Positions 1-7,711 of a DNA stretch of 50,812 nucleotides are shown piece after piece. Below the pieces are notes generated by a model, which saw only the letters and a list, made by a program, of their open reading frames with translations, did no database searches and was not told where the DNA came from. The stretch is from a virus (taxonomy: Duplodnaviria; Caudoviricetes): IMG/VR virus record IMGVR_UViG_3300035670_000305, positions 1 through 50,812 of that record; one strand, given 5' to 3'. Made by a program: the position numbers and the translations under genes. Position 1 is the stretch's first letter, and every line of letters begins with the position of its first letter.

Positions 1-287
1 AGAAGGGCAGCATAGCCGACTTTATGGCCAAGATGGCGCAGGCCGGTGCGACTGCCGCAAGTGCATCTGACGCGCGACTGAAGACCAATGTGGAAAAGGT
101 CGGCGTGTTGCCTGATGGCCTTGGCATTTACGAATGGGATTATCTGCCGATTGAAGGCCAGATTGCCGCATTCATGCCTGAAGGTCGCCAAACCGGCGTG
201 ATGGCGCATGAAGTTGCTGAATTGCGACCGTGGGCGCTTGGCCCGGTCATTGAAGGCTACGCAACCGTCGAATATGGGAGTCTGTAA
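1..287 (+). CDS. 3' part of gp7-like DNA ejection protein with C-terminal Peptidase_S74-type chaperone domain (5'-partial)
   Basis: SDARLKTNV motif; near-identical to C-terminus of 36284-37135; frame open to window start. Confidence 0.75.
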   Translation, partial: KGSIADFMAKMAQAGATAASASDARLKTNVEKVGVLPDGLGIYEWDYLPIEGQIAAFMPEGRQTGVMAHEVAELRPWALGPVIEGYATVEYGSL

Positions 288-929
288 ATGGCACTAGGTT
301 TCCAGCGGCAAGGCATCTTTGGCCGTCGCAATCCTATGGATATGCAGCCTCAATCGCAGGCAATGCCACAGGCTAACGCCATGCCCATAGGCGTCGAACA
401 AATCACCAAGAAGCCGGGCTTTTTCGGCAAGGATAGCGCGCTTTGGAAGGTGTTGGGAACGCTTGGCGATACGTTCAGTGACGGCCCGCCCATCTACACA
501 GAAAGCGTCCTACAGCAGCGCGATGCCGAAGAACGCGCCCGCATGGCGCAGCAGCAGCGTATGCAGAAGCGTGAGGACATGCAATGGGAATGGCAGAACA
601 AGCCGAAAGACGACAGCCCGAAAGACCAACTGACGCGCTTCATGGTTGCGGCAGGCATTGACCCGAACAGCCCCCGCGCTCGTGAATTGTATGCCCGCGC
701 CGTAGAAAACGAAGTCAACCCAATCCAAGCCGTGCCATTTACTGACGCGCAAGGAAATAGCGGGTTCCAGTATGTCCGCCCAAGCCAAATGCAGGGGACG
801 GCAGCGCCGACAAGCAAAGCCGAATATGACGCCTTGCCACCCGGCGCACAATATCGCGCACCAGATGGAAGCATCCGCACCAAAGGAGGCAGTGGCGGTA
901 ACGTCACTGGCGGGTTTCAACGCCCCTGA
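288..929 (+). CDS. Putative DNA ejection protein (P22 gp20 position)
   Basis: Synteny; Q/M-rich coiled segment; paralog of 37136-37765. Confidence 0.6.
   Translation: MALGFQRQGIFGRRNPMDMQPQSQAMPQANAMPIGVEQITKKPGFFGKDSALWKVLGTLGDTFSDGPPIYTESVLQQRDAEERARMAQQQRMQKREDMQWEWQNKPKDDSPKDQLTRFMVAAGIDPNSPRARELYARAVENEVNPIQAVPFTDAQGNSGFQYVRPSQMQGTAAPTSKAEYDALPPGAQYRAPDGSIRTKGGSGGNVTGGFQRP
885..918 (+). promoter_or_regulatory. GGAGG + GNRA-capped hairpin + GGG_TTT_C, candidate +1 frameshift signal
   Basis: 33 of 34 nt identical to 37724-37757; stem CAGTGGCG/CGTCACTG, loop GTAA. Confidence 0.6.
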
Positions 930-1233
930 TTTCAACCCAATCAACAGCCTTAAAGGTGCAGGCCTAACACCAACAAGCGGCTTCAGGACGCAGGCCCATC
1001 AAGAGGCTCTAATTCGCCAAGGCCTGACCACCACAAGGAACAGCGCCCACACGCGGGGCGATGCCCTAGACTTTGCCGTTCCCCAAGGAATGACAAAGGC
1101 GCAGGCAATTGAAATGGTTAAGCGTCAATATCCCGGCGCTCGTGCAATCCCGTCAAACGGCAACGCAATTCACGTAACCTTCCCCGGATGGGGCAAGGCT
1201 CCCGATGTAAGCAATTCACGCGGAAGGTATTAA
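892..1233 (+). CDS. Peptidase M15-family (D-Ala-D-Ala metallopeptidase fold) domain; start uncertain, may be expressed as a frameshift fusion
   Basis: TSGFRT, SAHxxGxAxD and HVTF motifs; paralog at 37731-38072; similarity to the paralog begins only at ~886. Confidence 0.7.
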   Translation: MAVTSLAGFNAPDFNPINSLKGAGLTPTSGFRTQAHQEALIRQGLTTTRNSAHTRGDALDFAVPQGMTKAQAIEMVKRQYPGARAIPSNGNAIHVTFPGWGKAPDVSNSRGRY

Positions 1234-1236
1234 TAG

Positions 1237-4086
1237 ATGCAAAACTGGTGGGAACAGGATAGCGTAGTTGAGCAAGGCGGCCAGCAGTCGAACACGCTTA
1301 TCACAAAGCGGGCAAACCCTATTGAACAGCAGGGCGCGGCGCTGAAAAACCAGCTAACGCAGGCGCAAATTCAAAAGACGCTTGATGATCTAAATAATGG
1401 CAACGAACCTAAATTGCCAACTGGCTATCGTTGGAAGCCTGACGGCACCGCAGAATTGATACCGGGGGTTGCTGCACCGGGAGCAGGCAATAAAGCAACC
1501 GCTGCACAGCGCACCGAGGCAATCCAAGGCTTTAACGATGCCGTGGCTTTGCGTAACATTGCCAAGCAACTTCGCGAGCGTTTTGAACAAGGGCCTGGTG
1601 CCACACAAGGCATTGCCGCACTTCAGGACTTTTTGCCTACCGCAGCCAATCGTGGCTTTGACACTGCCGCACAGCGCGCTCGCGGTTACGTCAAGCGCAG
1701 CCTTGGATTTACAGGCGGTGAGGGCAACACGGTCGCGGAAAGCACCACGCTTTACGATCCTTATCTGCCTTCAACGTCAGATTATGACAGTTCGATCCTT
1801 GATAAGATTGCGGCCCTTGAAGAACTGGCGGGCTTGGCAGAAGGCAAGGCAGTTGCGGTTCTTGGCGGCCGCCCTGACGCAAGCGGAAATGTTGTTCCTA
1901 TAACGCAGGATCAGGAAGCCCCAATGCTTGCCCCTGCTGGAAACACCCCCCCTGCTCCGCAAGGCCCTGACCGCAGCAATCCATTGCCCACCGGCCCTAG
2001 CTTTGGTGGCCCGCAAGGCGATCCTAGCGGCTTTGTTCCCTATGGCAGCACTACGCGCCGTGTGAACAATCCCGAATGGGCTGGCGTAAACGAAGCCGTC
2101 AAGGGCATGATTATTGCAGGCCAAACGCCTGATCAAATCCGTGCCTATCTCGGTCAGCGCGGCATCAACACCAATGTTGAAGGCTTGAACCAAGCGGCAG
2201 ACTATTTCCGCAAGACTGGCAAGCGTGACTTCCGCGTTAATGTGGATGATATTGAAGTTCCCATGTCGGGCTTTGAGCAATTCCGCAACAACGCCCCGCA
2301 GACTGCCGTAGGCGCAGGATTGACCACGGCGGCTAACGCTGCATCCTTTGGCATCCCGCAGGCGCTTGCACCGGAACAGATGCAATATATCCGCGACCAA
2401 AGCCCTGTTGCTTCCTTTGTGGGCGATGTGGCGGGTATCGTTGGCGCAACGTCAGGTATCGGCGCTGTTGGCAACTCGCTTGCACGCAGCCTTGCACCCC
2501 GCGCTTTGACTGGTGGCGGGCGTTTCGGCAATGCCGTTCGTTCGGTGGCCCCTGATGCGGCTTATGGCGCTGCTTATGGCGGCATTACTGAAGGCGACCC
2601 GCTGACCGGTGCTGCAACCGCTGCCGCTGGTTCTGGCGCTGGCCAGTTGCTTGGTAAGGGCATTCAGAAAGGCTTTCAGGGCGTTTCCGATCCTGCCGTG
2701 CAATATCTGACGGCTCGCGGCGTTCCGTTGTCCCTTGGCGAAACTTTGGGCAATAACAGCATTGTCGGACGCCAGATGCAACGCATGGAAAGCATCCCGA
2801 TTTTGGGTGACTTGATGAGCGCCCGTCGTGGCGAGGCAAGGGATGCAGTTTATCGCGGTGTTTTGGAAGACGCGGTGCAGCCCATCGGCGGCAGAATTGA
2901 CCCCGCAGACCCGCTTGCAAGCGCGCAGCAGGCCATTTCTGGCGCTTATGACAATGCCGTTGGCAATGTTACCGTTCCGTTTGATGCGCAGTATTTTGAC
3001 GAATTAGGCAATGTCCGCAATGCAGCTTCAACGCTTCCGCCCGACCTTAAGGGCAAGTTTGATGCAGCAATGGCAAGCCGTGTTGATCCTTTATTAGACG
3101 GAAACGGGGTGCGAATTTATCACGGCACAACGCCTGAAGCTGCACGTAATATTGAAACAAATGGCTTTGACCTTTCTAAATCAGCAGATGGGTCTGCGTG
3201 GTTTACAATCAACCCCAATATCGGCGAGGTTGCTGCCACTGGTAAAGGCGGGGTTGTCCAGCGAACAATTGACGAAAATCGCTTGAAACTGGGTGGCTGG
3301 AACGAATCAGATAAGTATTCAACTGACCAACTTTTACAACAAGGCTATGATGGGTTGAAATTTGTCGATGACGGGGCCGACACACATTACCAAATTTTCA
3401 ATCCTGAAAAACTAGTTCCAGCTAATCCTTTAATGACTGGTCAGCAATACCAACAGTCCATGCGCGGCCTTAGCGGTTACAAATCTGAAGCAACCAAGCC
3501 TGGATTTGAGCAAGACTATCGCGATGCCATCTCAATGGTTCAGGATGCGCTTAAAGGCCAGATGATGCGCGGTGGTGGCGATACGGTTGTAACCGGCCTT
3601 CGCAATGCAGACCAAGCCTATTCGATGCTCAAGCCGATCCAGAACGCGACAATAAGCGCAAGGGGAACGCCTACGCCAAAGCAGCTTCAAGCGGCATTCA
3701 CCACCAATACGAAGAAATTTGGCGGCGATGCAGCGGCGGCGCGTGGCGATAAAGTGCCTGATATTGTCCGCTATGCGGTGAACAATGCGCCAAACATCGG
3801 CAACAGCGGCACGGCGGATCGTCTTGCTGGAATTATGCCGTTTATCATGCCGACTGCACTTGGTGGCTCTGCTGTGGGCCTTGAAACCTTCACCGATAGC
3901 CCGTTCTTGACGGGTTCGCTTGCTACTTTGGCGGCCCTTTCCACACGAACCGGCCAAAAGGGAATGCAAACGGCGCTAGTTAAGCGGCCCGCCGCCGTCC
4001 GTCGCATCGGTGGCATCTTCGGGCGGCGGGAGACGCAAAAGGGGCTGGCTGGCATGGTAACAGCCCCCTTGCTCATCGAGCAGTAA
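1237..4086 (+). CDS. Large DNA ejection protein (gp16 position) with inserted ADP-ribosyltransferase-like domain
   Basis: 949 aa, Ala/Gly-rich, synteny; YHGT...GYDG...IFNP segment at ~3091-3432. Confidence 0.65.
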   Translation: MQNWWEQDSVVEQGGQQSNTLITKRANPIEQQGAALKNQLTQAQIQKTLDDLNNGNEPKLPTGYRWKPDGTAELIPGVAAPGAGNKATAAQRTEAIQGFNDAVALRNIAKQLRERFEQGPGATQGIAALQDFLPTAANRGFDTAAQRARGYVKRSLGFTGGEGNTVAESTTLYDPYLPSTSDYDSSILDKIAALEELAGLAEGKAVAVLGGRPDASGNVVPITQDQEAPMLAPAGNTPPAPQGPDRSNPLPTGPSFGGPQGDPSGFVPYGSTTRRVNNPEWAGVNEAVKGMIIAGQTPDQIRAYLGQRGINTNVEGLNQAADYFRKTGKRDFRVNVDDIEVPMSGFEQFRNNAPQTAVGAGLTTAANAASFGIPQALAPEQMQYIRDQSPVASFVGDVAGIVGATSGIGAVGNSLARSLAPRALTGGGRFGNAVRSVAPDAAYGAAYGGITEGDPLTGAATAAAGSGAGQLLGKGIQKGFQGVSDPAVQYLTARGVPLSLGETLGNNSIVGRQMQRMESIPILGDLMSARRGEARDAVYRGVLEDAVQPIGGRIDPADPLASAQQAISGAYDNAVGNVTVPFDAQYFDELGNVRNAASTLPPDLKGKFDAAMASRVDPLLDGNGVRIYHGTTPEAARNIETNGFDLSKSADGSAWFTINPNIGEVAATGKGGVVQRTIDENRLKLGGWNESDKYSTDQLLQQGYDGLKFVDDGADTHYQIFNPEKLVPANPLMTGQQYQQSMRGLSGYKSEATKPGFEQDYRDAISMVQDALKGQMMRGGGDTVVTGLRNADQAYSMLKPIQNATISARGTPTPKQLQAAFTTNTKKFGGDAAAARGDKVPDIVRYAVNNAPNIGNSGTADRLAGIMPFIMPTALGGSAVGLETFTDSPFLTGSLATLAALSTRTGQKGMQTALVKRPAAVRRIGGIFGRRETQKGLAGMVTAPLLIEQ

Positions 4087-4176
4087 TTTAGCTTTTCGGT
4101 GGTCGCGCCATTCGGCCCATGCGCCCCATGCAACGCCTATCAGGCCCTTTGCAAACATCGCGGCAAATAAATCCAT
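3976..4176 (-). CDS. Small antisense membrane protein, candidate superinfection exclusion factor
   Basis: MDLFAAMFAKGLIG matches MDYFLAFFAKGLIV at the equivalent site 40955-41050. Confidence 0.6.
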   Translation of the reverse strand: MDLFAAMFAKGLIGVAWGAWAEWRDHRKAKLLLDEQGGCYHASQPLLRLPPPEDATDATDGGGPLN

Positions 4177-4209
4177 AGCCGCTCAATAACACAAAATCGA
4201 AGCAACCCC

Positions 4210-4236
4210 AAGCCCTGCCTTTGGCGGGGTTTTTTC
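4210..4236 (+). terminator. Intrinsic terminator between ejection gene and tailspike
   Basis: GC hairpin AAGCCCTGCC-TTT-GGCGGGGTT plus T-run; conserved at 41084-41110. Confidence 0.7.
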
Positions 4237-4251
4237 GTTGAGGAAACGTGA

Positions 4252-5841
4252 ATGCCCATTTCTGATTACAGCACTTCAGCGGCGTCCAACACTTCGCTTG
4301 GCGGCATAGCTGTTGGCGAGAATATGGTTCGCAGCGATGTAAACAACGCCATTCGGCAGCTTATGGCCGACATTGCTGCCTACAAAACCGGCCTTGCCAG
4401 CATGAAAAGCGTGAAAGACCCGCCATATAATGCGGTGGGCGACGGCGTGACTGATGACACATCGGCAATTCAGGCGGCGATTAACGCAAATTCGCGCATT
4501 TTCTTCCCGCGTGGAAACTACAAAGTCAGCCAACTGGTTATCACCGATGCTTTCGGCAAAGAACTGATTGGCGAGGATCAGGAAACCTATATCCAAGGCG
4601 CAACTGCTGGAACGTCAATTATTCAGTTTGGCAAGCCAACTGGCGGCAGCGAAGTTGACCAAACCAAGCGCGCTCAATACTGCAAGGTTGCCAATCTGGC
4701 CATTTATGCAACGGCAGCTTACACTTATGGCATTGACTGCCAATGGCTAACAGACAGCTATTTTGAAAATGTAACGCTTTCTGGTGACTCGTTCATTGAA
4801 ACGGGAATGCGTTATGACTTCTCGTGGAATAACGACTTTTACCACTGCACCATTGCTGCTAAAAACGGCATTACCTTTGGCGCATTAAGCCCGAACCGCA
4901 CCACCTTCTTTGGCTTGCGTCTTGCGGGCGGCGCGCGCGGCGGCGTGGGCTTCAACGGCGCTGGCACGACCATCACGCTTGTTGGTGCTGACATTTCGGC
5001 ATTTGCAACAGGTGTTAAGTTCGACAATGGCGGCTTTGGCTTCTCGATTGTCGGAGGCTACTTTGAAAGCAACGGCGTAGACATTAGCCTTGGTGGCGGT
5101 GGCCTTAGAGGCGCTTCCATCACCAACAGCACCTTTCTTGCTGGAACCGGCTCTAACATCGCCATTCAGCAATCCGGCGCAAGTTCTGTTGAAGGCGTGA
5201 CTATTACCGGCAACGCTTTCCGTGACAAGGCGGATTGTGTCATTCTGACCAGCCTTACCTATGGATGGAACATTACCGGCAATGGCTACACGGGCGTAAC
5301 GCGGTTCATTACCGAGGGCGGATATTATCACAACATAGACGAACTTGACGGGCGTTATCAGCTTTATGCCGGGATGCTTGACTTGTCGGGTGTAACCGGC
5401 ACGAATGGAGGGCAGATCAAGTTTCCTGCATCGCCTAACCTGTCGGCAAATGCTTCCACGCTTGATGCTTATCTGGAAGGAACTTTCACCCCTGTTGTTG
5501 CAGGATCATCAACGGCGGGCGCTGGAACTTATTCAACGCAGGCGGGAACATATACCCGCATTGGTAACAGGGTGTTTTTTGACATCGCGCTGACGTGGTC
5601 GGCCCATACGGGAACAGGCAACTTACTTGTAACCGGCCTGCCTTTCACATCGGCAAACAGCGAGCCGGTGTCTGTTATCACCGCTTATGTTGATGGCATG
5701 ACCATCACGGGGGAAGCCCACTTTATTGTCAACCAAAACGCAACCAATGCACAGGTTCAATCGGTCAACAACGGAACGGCGGCTTCGCTTGCCCTCGATA
5801 CGGCGGCAACCTTGCGCGTTACCGGCAGCTATCGGGTGTGA
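4252..5841 (+). CDS. Tailspike / receptor-binding protein with beta-helix (pectate lyase 3-like) domain
   Basis: AVGDGVTDDTSAIQAAIN motif, beta-helix-like repeats, C-terminal EGTFTP/YTRIGNRV; first ~42 aa shared with 41125-42489. Confidence 0.8.
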   Translation: MPISDYSTSAASNTSLGGIAVGENMVRSDVNNAIRQLMADIAAYKTGLASMKSVKDPPYNAVGDGVTDDTSAIQAAINANSRIFFPRGNYKVSQLVITDAFGKELIGEDQETYIQGATAGTSIIQFGKPTGGSEVDQTKRAQYCKVANLAIYATAAYTYGIDCQWLTDSYFENVTLSGDSFIETGMRYDFSWNNDFYHCTIAAKNGITFGALSPNRTTFFGLRLAGGARGGVGFNGAGTTITLVGADISAFATGVKFDNGGFGFSIVGGYFESNGVDISLGGGGLRGASITNSTFLAGTGSNIAIQQSGASSVEGVTITGNAFRDKADCVILTSLTYGWNITGNGYTGVTRFITEGGYYHNIDELDGRYQLYAGMLDLSGVTGTNGGQIKFPASPNLSANASTLDAYLEGTFTPVVAGSSTAGAGTYSTQAGTYTRIGNRVFFDIALTWSAHTGTGNLLVTGLPFTSANSEPVSVITAYVDGMTITGEAHFIVNQNATNAQVQSVNNGTAASLALDTAATLRVTGSYRV

Positions 5842-5843
5842 CC

Positions 5844-6044
5844 ATGAGGCCGCATCACATTCTTGACCATCTGGGCGATGGCGCAAAGCATCTATTGGAC
5901 ACAACTGCGGCATTTGTCGCCTTGGGGGCGCTGGTGAAGTTACTGCCGTCTATTGCTTCATTCCTGACGATTATATGGATGCTGCTCCGAATTTACGACT
6001 GGATAGAAGCCCGATGGCAGGGCCGCACGCCTTCAGGGGATTAG
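5844..6044 (+). CDS. Small membrane protein, holin-like
   Basis: Hydrophobic helices; near-identical to 42489-42689. Confidence 0.55.
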   Translation: MRPHHILDHLGDGAKHLLDTTAAFVALGALVKLLPSIASFLTIIWMLLRIYDWIEARWQGRTPSGD

Positions 6045-6139
6045 CCTTTGCGGCTGCCGTCCTGATGATGTGGCACCAGCCAAACTTCACGCTTTTTCTG
6101 TTTCTGGCGTTCGTTTTCGGGCGCGCAAGCAAGGGGTAG
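6014..6139 (+). CDS. 41-aa membrane peptide MAGPHAFRGLAFAAAVLMMWHQPNFTLFLFLAFVFGRASKG (not in ORF track)
   Basis: Same start, stop and length at 42659-42784 with conservative substitutions. Confidence 0.7.
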   Translation: MAGPHAFRGLAFAAAVLMMWHQPNFTLFLFLAFVFGRASKG

Positions 6140-6141
6140 TT

Positions 6142-7116
6142 ATGCCTGCCAATGAAAAGGTTACACGCGAACAATTTGCCGCCTTATGGGAACGGCACGG
6201 ATCGGCAAGGATAATTGCCCAACATCTTGGAATTGATATTTCCAATGTCCACCAGCGGCGTCGGCGTATGGAAAAAGAGGGTTACACCTTCGCCACAAGG
6301 CCAGCGCCGGGATATGAAAAGCACACACCGATTTTAGATACTGGCTGGACGTTCCCCCGCGAAATCCAGCACGAAATTCAAGACGGCTGCGTCATTGTTT
6401 CCAGTGACCACCATTATTGGCCTGACATTGTAACCACGGCGCACATTGCCCTGTTGAATGTTTGCAAGGCCCTAAAGCCCAAAGCCAAAATCTTGAACGG
6501 CGATATTTTTGACGGGGTGTCAGTGTCCCGCCACCCGCCTTTCGGTTGGTCTAGGCGTCCATCTGTTCGCGAAGAACTGGAAGCCTGTCAGGAACGGGTT
6601 GCCGAGATTGAAGCGGTATTGCCCAAGGGCTGCCAACGGTTGTGGAGCATCGGCAACCACGACATCCGCTTTGAGCGCGTTCTAGCGCAAAACTCCCCCC
6701 AATATGAAGGGCTGCCGGGATGGCGGCTAGAAGACCATTTCCACGGTTGGAATTTTGCTTGGTCGCATTTGTTCAATGCTGATGGCGTCCACCCTGTGAT
6801 GGTCAAGCACAAGCATGCTGGCGGCGTCCATGCGGGCTATAACAACACCATGAAGGGCGGGGTTACGATTGTAACCGGCCATACGCACCTTTTGGAAGTC
6901 AAGCCTTGGGGTGATTACCGTGGAAGGCGCTACGGCGTCCAGACAGGCACGATCACGGCTCTGGACGGCCCACAGACCGAATATCAGGAAAATGCGCCTC
7001 CTACGGCCTGTCCGGGCTTTGTGGTGCTGACATTCAAAGACGGTGACTTGTTGCCGCCCGAACTTTGCGAGGTTCGCGGTGACAAAGCCTTTTTCAGAAA
7101 TGAGCAGGTGGCATGA
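6142..7116 (+). CDS. Calcineurin-like metallophosphoesterase with N-terminal HTH-like segment
   Basis: SDHH, NGDIFD, GNHD, GHTH motifs; start reassigned to ATG 6142 after AAGGGG. Confidence 0.8.
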   Translation: MPANEKVTREQFAALWERHGSARIIAQHLGIDISNVHQRRRRMEKEGYTFATRPAPGYEKHTPILDTGWTFPREIQHEIQDGCVIVSSDHHYWPDIVTTAHIALLNVCKALKPKAKILNGDIFDGVSVSRHPPFGWSRRPSVREELEACQERVAEIEAVLPKGCQRLWSIGNHDIRFERVLAQNSPQYEGLPGWRLEDHFHGWNFAWSHLFNADGVHPVMVKHKHAGGVHAGYNNTMKGGVTIVTGHTHLLEVKPWGDYRGRRYGVQTGTITALDGPQTEYQENAPPTACPGFVVLTFKDGDLLPPELCEVRGDKAFFRNEQVA

Positions 7117-7169
7117 ACGAAGCTGTTTTCTTTTCAAACGTCCGTGCGGGCATCCTAGGGCCTAAGTAA
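7113..7169 (+). pseudogene. 18-codon remnant of the endolysin 5' end (MNEAVFFSNVRAGILGPK)
   Basis: Aligns to N-terminus of 7712-8323 (VFFSAVRSGLLGPK); ATGA-coupled to upstream gene. Confidence 0.75.
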
Positions 7170-7662
7170 CGTGCCGCCAAAGCCGACCAGATTTTATGCG
7201 GCAATAAGTGGATACGGCGATGCCGTATTCTGGTGCGGCAATCGTGCTGCTTCGTTGGTCAGCTTTTATAGCGCGAACAATATCTGGGTTCAATTTTGCG
7301 TTGACGTTCTTTTCGCCAAATTGAACTGTGCCGTGATTAATCGCGTCTGCCGCATTAGATTTTGGGTCGCCCCAATAAAGATTCTCTGGCGTGTTGTTAA
7401 GCGGGTTGCCGTCCTTGTGGCAGGCCATCGCTGTTGGCTCAGGCGGACAACCAATAAACGCTTCGGCAACAAGGCGATGCACCGACGCAGATTTAATCTT
7501 GCCTCCGCTGCAAATAGACACTTGCGCCCTGCCGTTTCGCTTAATGCTTTGAACCAGAACCCGCATCCGTCTTCCGCAACGGTCTGGAGTGGTTCTTTTT
7601 ATCCTCCCGAGATTGGACGCGGAATATTCCGGAGCGCTCGGGATAATTTTCCAAATTTCCAT
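7162..7662 (-). CDS. NUMOD4-HNH homing endonuclease with C-terminal HTH
   Basis: EIWKII/YSASNLGRIK (NUMOD4), VHRLVAEAF...HKDGNPLNN..NL (HNH_3), AKLN...WRHV tail. Confidence 0.9.
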   Translation of the reverse strand: MEIWKIIPSAPEYSASNLGRIKRTTPDRCGRRMRVLVQSIKRNGRAQVSICSGGKIKSASVHRLVAEAFIGCPPEPTAMACHKDGNPLNNTPENLYWGDPKSNAADAINHGTVQFGEKNVNAKLNPDIVRAIKADQRSSTIAAPEYGIAVSTYCRIKSGRLWRHVT

Positions 7663-7668
7663 TCTTGC

Positions 7669-7697
7669 AACATGACACGAAACGTCATGGATGTCAA
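7669..7697 (-). promoter_or_regulatory. Promoter for HNH gene with palindrome in the spacer
   Basis: TTGACA (7697-7692), 17 bp, CATGTT; inverted repeat CATGAC-N7-GTCATG at 7671-7689. Confidence 0.55.
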
Positions 7698-7711
7698 CGC
7701 TGGGGGTCTAT

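Noticed and set aside
285-290. Stop-codon readthrough at in-frame TAA-ATG between ejection genes (also 37133-37138)
   Set aside because: A GGAG RBS precedes the ATG in both copies; ordinary reinitiation explains it
772-891. ORF-track N-terminal extension of the M15 ORF (also 37563-37730)
   Set aside because: Not conserved between the two copies and lies inside the upstream gene
1777-2400. Long antisense ORFs, e.g. 1777-2400 and 38807-39562
   Set aside because: Shadows of long sense genes; no motifs, RBS or conservation between copies
6070-6141. Shared N-terminal extension of the metallophosphoesterases (also 42649-42786)
   Set aside because: The similarity is a shadow of the 41-aa ORF in another frame
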